DNA of 64,000 bases. It comes from a bacterium. Lineage in GTDB: Bacteria; Patescibacteriota; Patescibacteriia; UBA10025. The number at the start of each line of letters is the position of its first letter. Position 1 is the first letter of the stretch. Made by a program: the position numbers and the translations under genes. The DNA lies in the NCBI GenBank assembly GCA_021815445.1, contig JAKAGM010000001.1, forward strand, positions 154,910 to 218,909, in the 5' to 3' direction. A model generated the notes under the pieces. It made no database searches and was not told where the DNA came from. It worked only from the letters and a program-made list of their open reading frames with translations. Below, one piece after another: positions 54,351 to 64,000 of the stretch.

Positions 54351-54914
54351 TTAAAAAAGCTGGCGGCATTGGATTACCAATTGGGCTGTATTTCCTGAGT
54401 TGTACGGGGCAATTTTATACCTAACCTTCATGCGGCTGTCTTGCTCGGTATGAATCCATGTTTGACCCGCTTTGATAGCGCCAAAGACCTCATCGAGCTT
54501 TTTCAACTCTCCCACCCTGGTGGTGACGATCTTCCATAGAACGTAATCGTAACCCCGATAGAGCTTTTTCCCCTCCGCATTGAAGGCCTCGAATTCTTCC
54601 CAAGGAAGATGCACCGGGTGATGCTCGGCCCGCCCGGAGTCGATAGCTTGCGCGACGTCTTCAGCAAAGACCGAGGGGTCAGGAACGGTCACGGTGATAT
54701 CGTACCTGCAAAGAAGGGTCAGGTTCTCAGACGGTCTGCCTTGCGGGGGGTTTCTATCGATCAAATCAGCGTACGCGGGTTGATGGTAAACGACAGTCTT
54801 GGGCATTCTGTCGCCGAATTTCAGGAAGAGTTCTGTGGTGGATGTCGGGGTTTCACGGCACCCGACAATGACTATGCCGGACATCAGCACGGCGCCTATC
54901 GCGATGATGCGCAT
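54351..54914 (-). CDS. hypothetical lipoprotein
   Basis: Start chosen at MRIIAIGAVLMSGIVIVGC (lipobox VGC). The track ORF extends 50 codons further upstream without support. Confidence 0.4.
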   Translation of the reverse strand: MRIIAIGAVLMSGIVIVGCRETPTSTTELFLKFGDRMPKTVVYHQPAYADLIDRNPPQGRPSENLTLLCRYDITVTVPDPSVFAEDVAQAIDSGRAEHHPVHLPWEEFEAFNAEGKKLYRGYDYVLWKIVTTRVGELKKLDEVFGAIKAGQTWIHTEQDSRMKVRYKIAPYNSGNTAQLVIQCRQLF

Positions 54915-55141
54915 GCAAAGCCTCCTGGAACGTTTCAATGAGCACCTCCCTGTTGATTGTGTTTCGGTGGATGTTTCCTTCGTTATTAGTATAAGGTACA
55001 CAGTGCCGGGCTCATTCGTCAATAGATCATTCTGCGGTGAGTACGCATTGACGGGTCTTGACATACAAGCAATTTCCTGTACACTATCCGAAAATAGTCA
55101 ACGCTCTTTACATCAACAACGCGGATTGGAGGAAAAGACTC

Positions 55142-55786
55142 ATGGATACTGCCCAAACCTACTTTTTGTGCGTAGCGGGAACGTTGTGCTGTCTTGGACT
55201 GGCCTGGGTCAGCCTTTATGGTTTGGAAGGTCGCTGGAGTGAAGGCCGCCGCAACGTCCCGTCTCCGGGCGGACGCATGCTGGCGCTACTCTCCCTACTC
55301 CTGAGCGGGGTTTGCGTATCACTGCTTTTCTACGAGTACCCGAATTTTCAGGAAGACAGTGTCGTCGTTGAGTACGCTGACAATGGGGGGCTGGTCGAAC
55401 ATCCCTGGGGTACCTTCTGCTATGAGGGCGATCCTCGGTTTGTAACCGTCCCTGATAGTACCGACAGTATCCCTGTCTTTTGCATGATCAAAGATTCAGT
55501 CCAAAAAGTCTATATCGTGGGCTACGTGGTACTTGCTGACCGTGCGAAATTCCTGGCGGACAGACCGAGGTTCGAGAGTTTCGGGGCCTCCAAAAATTCG
55601 GCGTATATGATCGCTCATAACGCGATTTGCCAGATCGTCGATACCCCCCTAAGTCAATTCGGGCAGTTGAGCGACTCGGGTGACGAATCTCTGCAGGAGC
55701 GATTTCGTGCATTTCTTGACGACCGAATCAATCCGATTGTGTCACAGCGGGGTTTGCGATTTAAGACGCTCAGATTCAATCGCTGA
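55142..55786 (+). CDS. hypothetical membrane-anchored protein
   Basis: Start at ATG 55142 with a GGAGG RBS. Two N-terminal hydrophobic helices. Confidence 0.4.
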   Translation: MDTAQTYFLCVAGTLCCLGLAWVSLYGLEGRWSEGRRNVPSPGGRMLALLSLLLSGVCVSLLFYEYPNFQEDSVVVEYADNGGLVEHPWGTFCYEGDPRFVTVPDSTDSIPVFCMIKDSVQKVYIVGYVVLADRAKFLADRPRFESFGASKNSAYMIAHNAICQIVDTPLSQFGQLSDSGDESLQERFRAFLDDRINPIVSQRGLRFKTLRFNR

Positions 55787-55902
55787 CAAAAATCGCACCG
55801 TCGCCGTATAATGCTCAGGAGTTCCATTGTGGACTCCTTTTTTATTATTCAAAATAATGTACCGTATCCGGCTGCTTCATTAATAGATGCAAAACTCTTA
55901 AG

Positions 55903-57201
55903 ATGTGCTACACTGGTTGCGTGACTACAACGAATAATTCAACCGGCTTTTCAGGACTTGGCATAGCACCGAGCCTGCTCAGCGCGCTCGATCGGCTCAA
56001 GTTTATCGAGCCTACTCCCGTCCAAAGCAGGTCAATTCCCGTCGGGATAGAAGGCCAAGACCTGATTGCTATAGCCCAAACGGGCACCGGGAAAACACTG
56101 GCGTTCGGCATTCCAATTATTCAGCGTCTCGCTCAGGTTAAGGGCAAGGCACTCGTACTCTTGCCCACAAGGGAACTCGCGATCCAGGTGGATGAATCGC
56201 TTCACTCAATTGGTCGTTCGTTGGGTTTGCGTACGGCGGTGCTTATCGGAGGCGCATCGATGTTGCTTCAGCGCAAGAGTATCCTGCGCAAGCCGCACGT
56301 GGTCATCGCGACACCCGGCAGGCTTCTCGACCACATGGAGCAGCACACCGTCAATCTTGCCGATGTGACTATTCTGGTTCTCGATGAGGCCGATAGGATG
56401 CTCGACATGGGATTCGCCCCACAAATTAAAAAGATACTCGCGGCCGTCCCAAGGAAGCGCCAGACGATGCTTTTTTCAGCGACGATGCCCAAAGAAATAG
56501 TCGAAATAGCTCACAGGCACATGGCAACCCCGTTGCACGTCGAGATCGCACGCTCCGGCACCGCAGTTGAAAAAGTGACCCAGGAAGTCTTTTTTGTCAC
56601 GCAGGAGTCCAAGGCGCGGCTTTTGGAGACCGTATTGTCTAAACATTTAGGATCTGCGCTTGTCTTTGTCAGGACCAAGCACGGCGCGCGAAAGATTACC
56701 CGTTATGTGCAGGAGATGGGGCATACGGCGGCTGAAATTCACTCAAACAGAACCCTCGGCCAGCGGAGAGAAGCGCTCGAAGGGTTCAAATCAGGCAAGT
56801 ACCGCGTCCTCGTGGCGACTGATATAGCCGCCCGGGGGATTGACGTGACGGGGATTGAAGTTGTGGTTAATTTCGACCTTCCTTCAACCGCCGAAGATTA
56901 CATCCACAGGATCGGCAGGACGGCGCGCGCAGGCCGTACAGGCCAGGCGATATCGTTCGCCACGTTTGATCAGCAGGGCGACATCCGGAGTATTGAGCGC
57001 CTTATCCGCAAGACATTACCTGTCCGCGAGCTTCCACAGCTGCCTCCCGTGCGTTATTCGGGCCCGCGTGAAAGCGCTCCGCAAGGTTCACAATACCGGG
57101 CGCGTCAGCCATACAGATCGCAAAGCCGCGGAAGCCGGCCCTGGCAGCGGACTCAGTTCAGAGGCAGGAACAAGCAACGCCGGTCAGGAAGAAACTACTA
57201 G
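55903..57201 (+). CDS. DEAD-box ATP-dependent RNA helicase with Arg/Ser/Gln-rich C-terminal tail
   Basis: Q motif (FIEPTPVQ), Walker A AQTGTGKT, DEAD (VLDEAD), SAT, and HRIGRTARAG motifs. Confidence 0.85.
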   Translation: MCYTGCVTTTNNSTGFSGLGIAPSLLSALDRLKFIEPTPVQSRSIPVGIEGQDLIAIAQTGTGKTLAFGIPIIQRLAQVKGKALVLLPTRELAIQVDESLHSIGRSLGLRTAVLIGGASMLLQRKSILRKPHVVIATPGRLLDHMEQHTVNLADVTILVLDEADRMLDMGFAPQIKKILAAVPRKRQTMLFSATMPKEIVEIAHRHMATPLHVEIARSGTAVEKVTQEVFFVTQESKARLLETVLSKHLGSALVFVRTKHGARKITRYVQEMGHTAAEIHSNRTLGQRREALEGFKSGKYRVLVATDIAARGIDVTGIEVVVNFDLPSTAEDYIHRIGRTARAGRTGQAISFATFDQQGDIRSIERLIRKTLPVRELPQLPPVRYSGPRESAPQGSQYRARQPYRSQSRGSRPWQRTQFRGRNKQRRSGRNY

Positions 57202-57224
57202 CTGGGTTGGCGTTACATAGGGAA

Positions 57225-57482
57225 ATGTACTACCTTTACATTCTGAAATGCTCAGATGGTACGCTCTATACAGGGATAACGACTGATATCAAGCGCAGGG
57301 TAGGAGAGCACAACGGTTTACAACGAGGAGCGCGGTATACTAGGTCACGAAGGCCGGTGAAGTTGGTTTTCTCAAAAAACTTCAGAACCAGGTCTACAGC
57401 GTCAGTCGCGGAAGCGCGATTTAAGCGGTTGTCACGCCGCGAAAAGATAAAGCTTGTGAAAGTAGTGAGAATGAAGAAGTAG
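57225..57482 (+). CDS. GIY-YIG nuclease family protein (UPF0213-like)
   Basis: MYYLYILKCSDGTLYTGITTDIKRRVGEHN. Start at ATG 57225 (the track used TTG 57207). Confidence 0.7.
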   Translation: MYYLYILKCSDGTLYTGITTDIKRRVGEHNGLQRGARYTRSRRPVKLVFSKNFRTRSTASVAEARFKRLSRREKIKLVKVVRMKK

Positions 57483-57520
57483 GTAAGTAAGTGAGCAAGG
57501 TTTAAATTCCTTTAAGTGCC

Positions 57521-57548
57521 AAAAGCCATTTATCATGGCCTTTTTTAG
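57521..57548 (+). terminator. putative rho-independent terminator
   Basis: GCCAT-ttatc-ATGGC followed by cttttttag. Confidence 0.4.
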
Positions 57549-57612
57549 TTATCCACAGGAGGCAATGTAAAGTATACTTGACATTCCTTGGATACTGCTT
57601 TATGATGCTTTT

Positions 57613-57813
57613 ATGGAGAAAACAATGAACAGATTACGCGAATTACGGAGGCTTCGAGGACAGACTCAGGAGGAGATGGCGCGGGATCTCGGTGTGACTC
57701 GACAAACGGTTATCTCCGTTGAGAAAGGCGAGTACATTCCGTCAACAACGCTTGCGCTCAAGATAGCCCGTTTACTCAAAAAACCTTTAGAAGATATCTT
57801 TTGGATTGAATAA
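57613..57813 (+). CDS. XRE-family helix-turn-helix transcriptional regulator
   Basis: LRELRRLRGQTQEEMARDLGVTRQTVISVEKGEYIPSTTLALKIARLL, a classic Cro/C1 HTH. Confidence 0.8.
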   Translation: MEKTMNRLRELRRLRGQTQEEMARDLGVTRQTVISVEKGEYIPSTTLALKIARLLKKPLEDIFWIE

Positions 57814-57835
57814 TTAATAATCATTTAATACGACT

Positions 57836-58483
57836 ATGAACAATATATTTTCCCGAGTGCTTTCAGTAGCTATGATCATTACATTTGGTCTGCTCATATT
57901 GATGTTCCTTTTCCGCGGGGCGAGTACGTCTCCCCTCTATTTGATTATGGCGTTATTTATGATTATACTCGGCGCCGCACTTCTCAAATTATACTGGCCT
58001 CGTATTGCCGGAAAAAAAACAGCTTCTTCCGATCAACCCGTTTTTATGGTTTCGCGCAGTGTGTACGTTATTATGATTATTACTCTTGTGGTGTCCTTCC
58101 TCTTTGAGGGGTATACATATCTACCTGGCTGGTCATCTCAGCATTCTATGGAAAATGCTTTACTCACAATTACATTTATCGGTATTATTGTAGCGCTATA
58201 CCTGCTCACCTTTTTCAGCAAATCTATCCGCGGGAAATATACTTTCATTGAACTGCTGACTATGAAGGCACGCGATGAACGCGAACAGCACATTATCAAT
58301 ACCGTTGCGCGCAGTACATATGCGTTTATCAGGGTTCTTGCCATCGTTGTCGCCTTGCTCTTTTTTGGACTACAGCTTTCCGGTGTGTCGTTTTCCGCTT
58401 TTTCAATCGGGTACATTCTGCTTCTCTTCATTTTTGTTGCGCATGGGTACTTTATGATTCTGCTCAGACAAAAGGTTGAATAG
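57836..58483 (+). CDS. hypothetical polytopic membrane protein paired with the XRE regulator
   Basis: Five to six TM helices. Starts 23 nt after the regulator. Confidence 0.45.
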   Translation: MNNIFSRVLSVAMIITFGLLILMFLFRGASTSPLYLIMALFMIILGAALLKLYWPRIAGKKTASSDQPVFMVSRSVYVIMIITLVVSFLFEGYTYLPGWSSQHSMENALLTITFIGIIVALYLLTFFSKSIRGKYTFIELLTMKARDEREQHIINTVARSTYAFIRVLAIVVALLFFGLQLSGVSFSAFSIGYILLLFIFVAHGYFMILLRQKVE

Positions 58484-58504
58484 CCCTGTTTCACAAGGAG
58501 CTTC

Positions 58505-58723
58505 ATGAAACTCTTTATTACCGCAAAAGCCGGCGCGCGGGAAGAAAAGGTTGAAAAAATAGACGAAACGCATTACCGCGTGTGGGTGAAAGAGCCGCCT
58601 GAGAAGGGGAGGGCGAATAAGGCTATTGAAAAGGCAATAGCCGAGTTTTTGGATATCCCAAAATCGCGAGTCGCTCTTGTTTCTGGAGCAACGTCGAAAC
58701 GGAAAGTGGTTGAAGCGGCATGA
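58505..58723 (+). CDS. DUF167 (YggU/UPF0235) family protein
   Basis: 72 aa. KEPPEKGRANKAIEKAIAEFLDIPKSRVALVSGATSKRKVV matches the DUF167 C-terminal consensus. Confidence 0.6.
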   Translation: MKLFITAKAGAREEKVEKIDETHYRVWVKEPPEKGRANKAIEKAIAEFLDIPKSRVALVSGATSKRKVVEAA

Positions 58724-58862
58724 AGTGTTTAATAACTCACCGTTCTGAGCGAACGCAGTGAGCGAAGAATCCCGCGTTATTGACTTCAAATCGTAGATCT
58801 TCGGGATCCTTCGTTCCCGAGCTAAGCCGGTCACTCAGGGTGGTGAATGCATGAGGGATTTA

Positions 58863-58900
58863 ATCAATAAAAAGAGGGACCCTATGATAGTCGGGTCCCC
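58863..58900 (-). terminator. rho-independent terminator for the minus-strand ORF 58928-59161
   Basis: GGGACCC-tatgatagtc-GGGTCCC hairpin. The minus strand continues with CTCTTTTTATTG. Confidence 0.5.
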
Positions 58901-58927
58901 GAAGCTTCGCGTTGTGACAGTGGCGAA

Positions 58928-59161
58928 TCAGGCAGTTGCCAATTCAAGATCGATCGGCGCATTGAGATGCGGTCCCTCCGACATATGCCACGCCGGGTCA
59001 CCTTGCTTCCGCGCGAGAGCGAGAGGAGGATCCTTCAGCCAGACAACCTCCTCAGTACCTGTCTGGAGCCGGTGAACGTTCAGGGCGCAATCGACTTCGG
59101 CGGGGATCTGAATTCCACCGACGGTAACAATAACAGTGTTGCCTTCATGGAGCGTACACAT
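58928..59161 (-). CDS. hypothetical small protein (77 aa)
   Basis: ORF with a matching downstream terminator. No family recognised. Confidence 0.3.
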   Translation of the reverse strand: MCTLHEGNTVIVTVGGIQIPAEVDCALNVHRLQTGTEEVVWLKDPPLALARKQGDPAWHMSEGPHLNAPIDLELATA

Positions 59162-59386
59162 GCATGCCCTTTCGTTTGGGTGTGTATTTTGGTTACTTCA
59201 ATCGTAGTAAAGAATTTCAATATAGTCAACATACTTCAATGTAGCGAGGACCATGTATCTCAAGGCAGCCGATTCCGTTGGATGAAGACAAAAGCACCCT
59301 TGCCATAGTAACTCGTTTCTGCTACACTTTTTGTACCAAAAATCGCCCGAAAGGGAATTATTTTTTTATAGAGATTGCCTTGAAAT

Positions 59387-61180
59387 ATGGAGATTAGGAA
59401 CATAGCTATTATCGCCCACGTTGACCACGGCAAAACCACGCTCACTGATGCCATTATGCGGCAGACGGGTATGGTCACCGAAGAGGGCGCAACCATGGAT
59501 TCAAACACGCTTGAAAAAGAGCGGGGGATTACCATTTATTCAAAAAATACCTCCGTCTTTTATCGCGACACGAAAATCAATATCGTCGATACGCCCGGGC
59601 ACGCCGATTTCGGCTCCGAGGTTGAGCGCGTACTCCGTTCGATTGACAGTGTTCTTCTCGTTGTCGATGCGCAAGAGGGACCGATGCCCCAGACGCGATT
59701 TGTTCTGAAAAAATCGCTCGAACTCGGGATAAAACCCATAGTTGTTATTAATAAGATTGATAAGCCGGCCGCGGATCCTGACATGGCACAGGAAGAGGTG
59801 TATGAACTCTTCCTCGATCTTGGTGCAACGGATGAGCAGCTTGATTTCACCACGGTCTACACTATTGGCCGTGAAGGTACTGCTAAGCTGAATCTCACTG
59901 ATGAGTCACACGATCTGGAGCCGCTTTTGGACACCATTTTGCTCAAAGTCCAGCCTGCTAAAGCGAATACTGACGTGCTTTTCCGTTTTCAACCTTTTAA
60001 CCTCGGGTATGACAACTATCTCGGCAGGCTTGCTGTCGGCCGCGTGTACGAGGGCAAGGTCCAGGCGGGCAGTATGCTCGTCCTCAAGAAGAGCGGCGGA
60101 GGCACGGAGACCAACCGCGTAACCAAGCTTTTCACCTTCAAAGGACTGCAACGTATTGAAGTCGCCGAGGCTGTCGCAGGAGACATTGTCATGATCGCCG
60201 GTTTTCCCACGATAGACATCGGCGAAACGCTCTGCGAAAACGCTGACCAGGAAGCGCTTCCCGCTATCTCGGTGGACGAGCCGACCATTTCACTTAACTT
60301 CCTCGTCAACAGCTCCCCGTTTTCAGGCAAAGAAGGCACGTACGTCACTAACACCCAGCTTCGTGAACGTCTCAGGAAAGAACTCGAAGTCAACGTCGGG
60401 CTCAAGATAGATTTCCTCCCGGAAGCTGCAAAGGTGTACGGACGGGGAGAGCTTCATATCGCCATTCTTATTGAAAATATGCGCAGGGAAGGATATGAGT
60501 TACAGGTGTCGAAACCTCACGTAATTATCAAGAACATTGACGGCGTGAAGTCCGAGCCGTACGAAGAAGCTACTGTCGACGTCCCTGAAAAGCTTGCGGG
60601 CCCGGTCATTGAAAAGATGGGGAGACGGAAAGGGCTGATGTCCAAGATGGAAAACGTTGCCGGACATGCCCGGATGATTTTCGAAGTCCCCACGCGCGGC
60701 TTGCTCGGGTATCGCGGAGAGTTCATTATCGACACACAGGGAGAAGGAATCCTATACTCGCGCGTGATCGGATATCGGCCTTTTGCCGGAGAGATCAAAA
60801 AGCGCGACACGGGATCGATGATCTCCATGGTATCAGGCAAGGCGCTCGGATTCTCTTTGGCCAACTTGCAGGATCGAGGGACGCTGTATATCGGTCCGGC
60901 AACCGAGGTATACGAAGGTATGGTTATCGGCAATGCCGCGAAGGGATTTGACATGGCCGTAAATCCGATTAAGGGGAAGCGTCTGACTAACATGCGCGCT
61001 TCCGGAACCGACGAGGCTATCCAGCTGACGCCGCCGGTTCCGTTGACGATTGAGAGCGGGCTCGAGATTATGGCCGAAGACGAGTATCTGGAAATAACCC
61101 CAAAGAGCGTCCGCCTAAGGAAACAGCTGCTTACCGAAGTCGAACGGAGACGCGCGGGCAAGGAGGCGCTCGTAGACTAA
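59387..61180 (+). CDS. typA: translational GTPase TypA/BipA
   Basis: G1 [10 protein letters not shown]3 DTPGHADF, G4 NKID. 597 aa with EF-G-like domain order. Confidence 0.95.
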   Translation: MEIRNIAIIAHVDHGKTTLTDAIMRQTGMVTEEGATMDSNTLEKERGITIYSKNTSVFYRDTKINIVDTPGHADFGSEVERVLRSIDSVLLVVDAQEGPMPQTRFVLKKSLELGIKPIVVINKIDKPAADPDMAQEEVYELFLDLGATDEQLDFTTVYTIGREGTAKLNLTDESHDLEPLLDTILLKVQPAKANTDVLFRFQPFNLGYDNYLGRLAVGRVYEGKVQAGSMLVLKKSGGGTETNRVTKLFTFKGLQRIEVAEAVAGDIVMIAGFPTIDIGETLCENADQEALPAISVDEPTISLNFLVNSSPFSGKEGTYVTNTQLRERLRKELEVNVGLKIDFLPEAAKVYGRGELHIAILIENMRREGYELQVSKPHVIIKNIDGVKSEPYEEATVDVPEKLAGPVIEKMGRRKGLMSKMENVAGHARMIFEVPTRGLLGYRGEFIIDTQGEGILYSRVIGYRPFAGEIKKRDTGSMISMVSGKALGFSLANLQDRGTLYIGPATEVYEGMVIGNAAKGFDMAVNPIKGKRLTNMRASGTDEAIQLTPPVPLTIESGLEIMAEDEYLEITPKSVRLRKQLLTEVERRRAGKEALVD

Positions 61181-61529
61181 GCACGCAGTTTCTTTCAGTT
61201 TTCAAGAAGGATTGCGTGCAATCTCAAGACGCGTTACATGTAGCTAGGTCGGTCTGCTCATCCTTGATATTCCCGGCGCTGTAAATATGGGGACGGGGCC
61301 TTTTTATGACCCATTTTACCGTCCAAAGGCGGGGGATTGACAAGAGAAGGTGTATCAGGTATACTCTTCCACAGTAAGGTTCTCAGCACGTTTCTTTCCG
61401 CTTCCTTGGCCCTGTGTTTTACGCAGGGAAGTAAGGATGCCATAAGACCATATAAGGCTTTATGTTGAGAAGAGCGGGTGAGAAGAGGTCGTCTTACGTA
61501 TTAACTCAACCAATCAATCAGTAAGTATT

Positions 61530-61856
61530 ATGGCAAAGAAGCTTTATATCGGTGGTCTTTCGTACAGCACCACCGAGGATGGTCTCAAAGAAGCATTTGC
61601 ACAGGCAGGGAACGTAGTGTCAGCGGCAATTATTATGGACAGAATGACGGGCCGCTCGCGAGGTTTCGGCTTTGTGGAGATGGGGACCGACGAGGAAGCT
61701 GAGAAAGCTATCGAGATGTGGAACGGCAAAGAACTCGATGGCCGCACACTGACCGTCAATGAGGCTCGCCCGATGGAGAATCGCCCGCAAAGAAGCGGTG
61801 GATTCAATCGTGGCGGTGACCGTGGCGGATTCGGCGGCGGAAGAGGCAAGTGGTAA
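61530..61856 (+). CDS. RRM-type RNA-binding protein with Gly/Arg-rich tail
   Basis: RNP-2 LYIGGL and RNP-1 RGFGFVEM. C-terminal GGFNRGGDRGGFGGGRG. Confidence 0.85.
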   Translation: MAKKLYIGGLSYSTTEDGLKEAFAQAGNVVSAAIIMDRMTGRSRGFGFVEMGTDEEAEKAIEMWNGKELDGRTLTVNEARPMENRPQRSGGFNRGGDRGGFGGGRGKW

Positions 61857-61877
61857 ACTTCCCCCAATCACCAATAA

Positions 61878-61910
61878 ACACCCCGTCTCATTGACGGGGT
61901 GTTTTGTATT
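61878..61910 (+). terminator. rho-independent terminator
   Basis: Perfect 10-bp stem ACACCCCGTC/GACGGGGTGT with a 5-nt loop, then tttgtatt. Confidence 0.65.
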
Positions 61911-61943
61911 CTTGCAATGACTTTGCAGCAGAACCAACGCTTG

Positions 61944-63929
61944 CTACTGGATCACTTTGAGATTCGGTTCGATACAGTCGCCCGTGCAAAGCTGCACCTC
62001 GCCCTGCGGATCCAGGGTATCAAGAGAATTAATTTTTATTTTATTCTCTGATATGGTGTACAGACTCCTACCTATGTATAGGATCCGTTGTATTGAATTG
62101 CCGTCGCCGTAATAGTTGTATCCGCTCTTTTTAAACGCGTCATCGATGACATAGTGGGTGATCCTGCCTTTTTCGACAAATCCACCGTCCAACGTAAGGT
62201 TGTAGACAAACGCGCCTTGGTACGTGAATTCACCATACGTGGTAGGGGCCGTCGTAAGTTGTTTCTGTTCAGAGCTAATCTCCGCCAGGAGGACGGGAAT
62301 AACGAGTATGTTTTTGCTCTTATCGAAAAGGAATGCCTTGTGGTCGTGCAAGGCATAGGAGTCAGTCCCTCTGTCGCCGATCGATGTTGTGAACATTTGT
62401 TGGGGGTTCGTCACGTCAGTCACGTCAAACAGCGCGAGCTTCATGCCCTGGTACCAGGAAAAATTCCCCTCCTCGGAGGGTATGGCCTCTTTGCCGAGGC
62501 CGATGATATGGTTCTCGTCATAGGGGTGGAGGTAATCGGAAAAGCCGGGGATTTTGAGCTTGCCGAGCAAAATCGGCTCCCGCGGATCGCTGAGTCCGAT
62601 CACAAAAAGGGGATCGACTTTTTGGAATGTGACGAGGTAGACCCTGTCACCCACGAATCGCGCCGAATATATCTGTTCTCCTGGGGCGAGTTCGTCTATT
62701 TTACCAGTCCGATCGAGGTTTTTATCGAAAACATAGACACCGCTTGACGGTTGCTGTCCGGGAAGAAATGTCCGAGAAACGTGGCCGCGGGTGGTCGCGA
62801 TGCGAAAGTAGCCGTTGTTCTCATCCATTGAGAACTGGTTGAGCACGTTACCGGGGGCTTCAAGATTTCCTCGGTAGGATACGGTCCCGTTTTTTAGGTC
62901 GAAGACGTGAACCGTGGTTGTCTCTTGTCCTGTAACGTCAGTGACATCCCCGAGCCACCAGTTGCCCGAATTCTTGGTTGCCGCAACATATAGCGCTTGG
63001 TCGGACGCGTATACATTTTGGCCTGACCCGAGAATAGTCTCCTTATGCAGGTCACTTGGATTTTTAGCAAGGTCAAACGATGCTACAGTGACGAATTGTT
63101 CGGCAACGACGTCGGGAAAGTAGGCAATATCAGCACATCCAGCAACCGGGTGGAATGCTTGAGAGGTTTCGCTTCCTTCCATGACTCGGTACAGGGGGAC
63201 AATCTCATCAGGCGGTGCGTTGGTATCGAGGATGGTGTAATCGGGATAGGAGTTTACCACAATATACACCTGCGACCCGATCTTGCGGGATGTAAGATAA
63301 CTGCCCTCGAGCTCCATGGTTCTCACAAGAGCCGGGCGTGTTGTGTCGCTGATGTCAAAAATCTGGATAGCGGTGAATGAACGCGAGAGATTTGATCGAA
63401 GAATTGCTGCAGTGTCGCCCTGTTCCTTAAGGATCTGCGGTGTGCTTGTCCCGAAGACGACGGCAGTCTTGTCCCCGATAAAAAGTTCCTGCGGGGTAAT
63501 TGAAAGCACGGTTTGGCTTGCCAGCGTAGCCTGGTCTGCGGGGTATGCTTTGATGATAGAAAGTTTACCGTGGGAAATTGTATAGATATATTTCCCGTCG
63601 GTTTTCACTATATCCGCTTCGTCTACCCCCGTGACCTGCACATTTGTCGCGGAATATCCGGGTGCCGCGCTATCAGCTGAGGTCGAAGCTTGAGGAGTGG
63701 GCAAGGCAATTTTTTCCTCGAGAATAAATCTGTTATTCGTCTTCTGAGCTTCTTTGAGAGCATCTTGTAGGGCAGAACACGAAGCGAACATGGGAAGACT
63801 TTGTGATGACCGAATGAGCGGGGAAGGGGCTGGATCGACCGTGAGGTAATAAAGAAGCATCAAAAATCCGACAGCTAAAAACGCCACTATTGCGAAGGGT
63901 GCCGTAAGTGCGCTTATACTTTTTTTCAT
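61944..63929 (-). CDS. large membrane-anchored extracytoplasmic protein, probably with a C-terminal beta-propeller domain (PF09826-like)
   Basis: 661 aa. N-terminal TM helix. Long beta-rich region with motifs such as VTFQKVDPLFVIGLSDPREPILLGKLKIPGFSDYLHPYDENHIIGLG, which recall the secreted beta-propeller family. The family call is tentative. Confidence 0.45.
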   Translation of the reverse strand: MKKSISALTAPFAIVAFLAVGFLMLLYYLTVDPAPSPLIRSSQSLPMFASCSALQDALKEAQKTNNRFILEEKIALPTPQASTSADSAAPGYSATNVQVTGVDEADIVKTDGKYIYTISHGKLSIIKAYPADQATLASQTVLSITPQELFIGDKTAVVFGTSTPQILKEQGDTAAILRSNLSRSFTAIQIFDISDTTRPALVRTMELEGSYLTSRKIGSQVYIVVNSYPDYTILDTNAPPDEIVPLYRVMEGSETSQAFHPVAGCADIAYFPDVVAEQFVTVASFDLAKNPSDLHKETILGSGQNVYASDQALYVAATKNSGNWWLGDVTDVTGQETTTVHVFDLKNGTVSYRGNLEAPGNVLNQFSMDENNGYFRIATTRGHVSRTFLPGQQPSSGVYVFDKNLDRTGKIDELAPGEQIYSARFVGDRVYLVTFQKVDPLFVIGLSDPREPILLGKLKIPGFSDYLHPYDENHIIGLGKEAIPSEEGNFSWYQGMKLALFDVTDVTNPQQMFTTSIGDRGTDSYALHDHKAFLFDKSKNILVIPVLLAEISSEQKQLTTAPTTYGEFTYQGAFVYNLTLDGGFVEKGRITHYVIDDAFKKSGYNYYGDGNSIQRILYIGRSLYTISENKIKINSLDTLDPQGEVQLCTGDCIEPNLKVIQ

Positions 63930-64000
63930 CGGAGTTGTTTCTTAAGAGAGGTGTTCAGTATATCCCACCCCTTGGAGTCTGCCAAGCGCTCTAACAACTT

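Noticed and set aside
54609-55242. Plus-strand ORFs 54609-54941 and 54799-55242
   Set aside because: They are antisense to or overlap the lipoprotein gene and lack starts with signals. The membrane protein start at 55142 was preferred.
59906-61161. Minus-strand ORFs inside typA
   Set aside because: They are antisense to a highly conserved GTPase gene.
1-64000. rRNA genes, CRISPR arrays, transposases or integrases
   Set aside because: No rRNA-like conserved blocks, no regularly spaced direct repeats, and no DDE/tyrosine-recombinase motifs were seen in any frame.

Overview
This is a 64-kb window from a gene-dense bacterial chromosome of about 50% GC, dominated by housekeeping genes. Many short intergenic regions, Shine-Dalgarno-poor or leaderless starts, frequent start/stop overlaps, a short EF-Ts and several membrane-anchored hypothetical proteins suggest a small-genome organism resembling the Candidate Phyla Radiation (CPR/Patescibacteria), but this is an inference. 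I found no rRNA, no CRISPR array and no clear transposase or integrase.

Supported content, in order:
- **Replication, division and translation:** dnaE; a SEDS protein (FtsW/RodA-like); rplY (L25/Ctc form); two tandem DUF3048 paralogs; prmC-prfA; rpmE; rpsB-tsf; rpmG (missed by the ORF track).
- **Cell wall:** an inserted secreted M23 peptidase with FG-GAP-like repeats that ends in a type IX secretion (T9SS) C-terminal sorting domain; an RlpA-like/PBP5-type D,D-carboxypeptidase fusion followed by two translationally coupled FtsEX-like ABC modules.
- **tRNAs:** a cluster on the plus strand (Thr-GGT, Tyr, Thr-TGT, Trp) that contains degenerate tRNA fragments and GC-rich palindromic inserts; tRNA-Thr(CGT) and tRNA-Gly(CCC) on the minus strand; tRNA-Gln.
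- **Metabolism:** a LeuB-like dehydrogenase next to a LeuD-LeuC fused aconitase-family dehydratase; inositol monophosphatase; a compact two-subunit [NiFe] hydrogenase locus with a maturation protease.
- **Regulation and RNA metabolism:** an ECF sigma factor with a putative membrane anti-sigma protein; greA; typA; a DEAD-box helicase; a PIF1-like helicase.
- **Other:** ABC-2 transporter; cyclophilin; three Nudix hydrolases; an AI-2E transporter; a frameshifted SpoT/Mesh1-like HD hydrolase; GIY-YIG, XRE and DUF167 proteins; an RRM protein; a large beta-propeller secreted protein.

The most unusual items are the orphan minimal [NiFe] hydrogenase, the T9SS-tailed M23 protein in this genomic context, the rearranged tRNA cluster, the domain-permuted aconitase-family enzyme, and a 22-residue polybasic micro-ORF with full expression signals.
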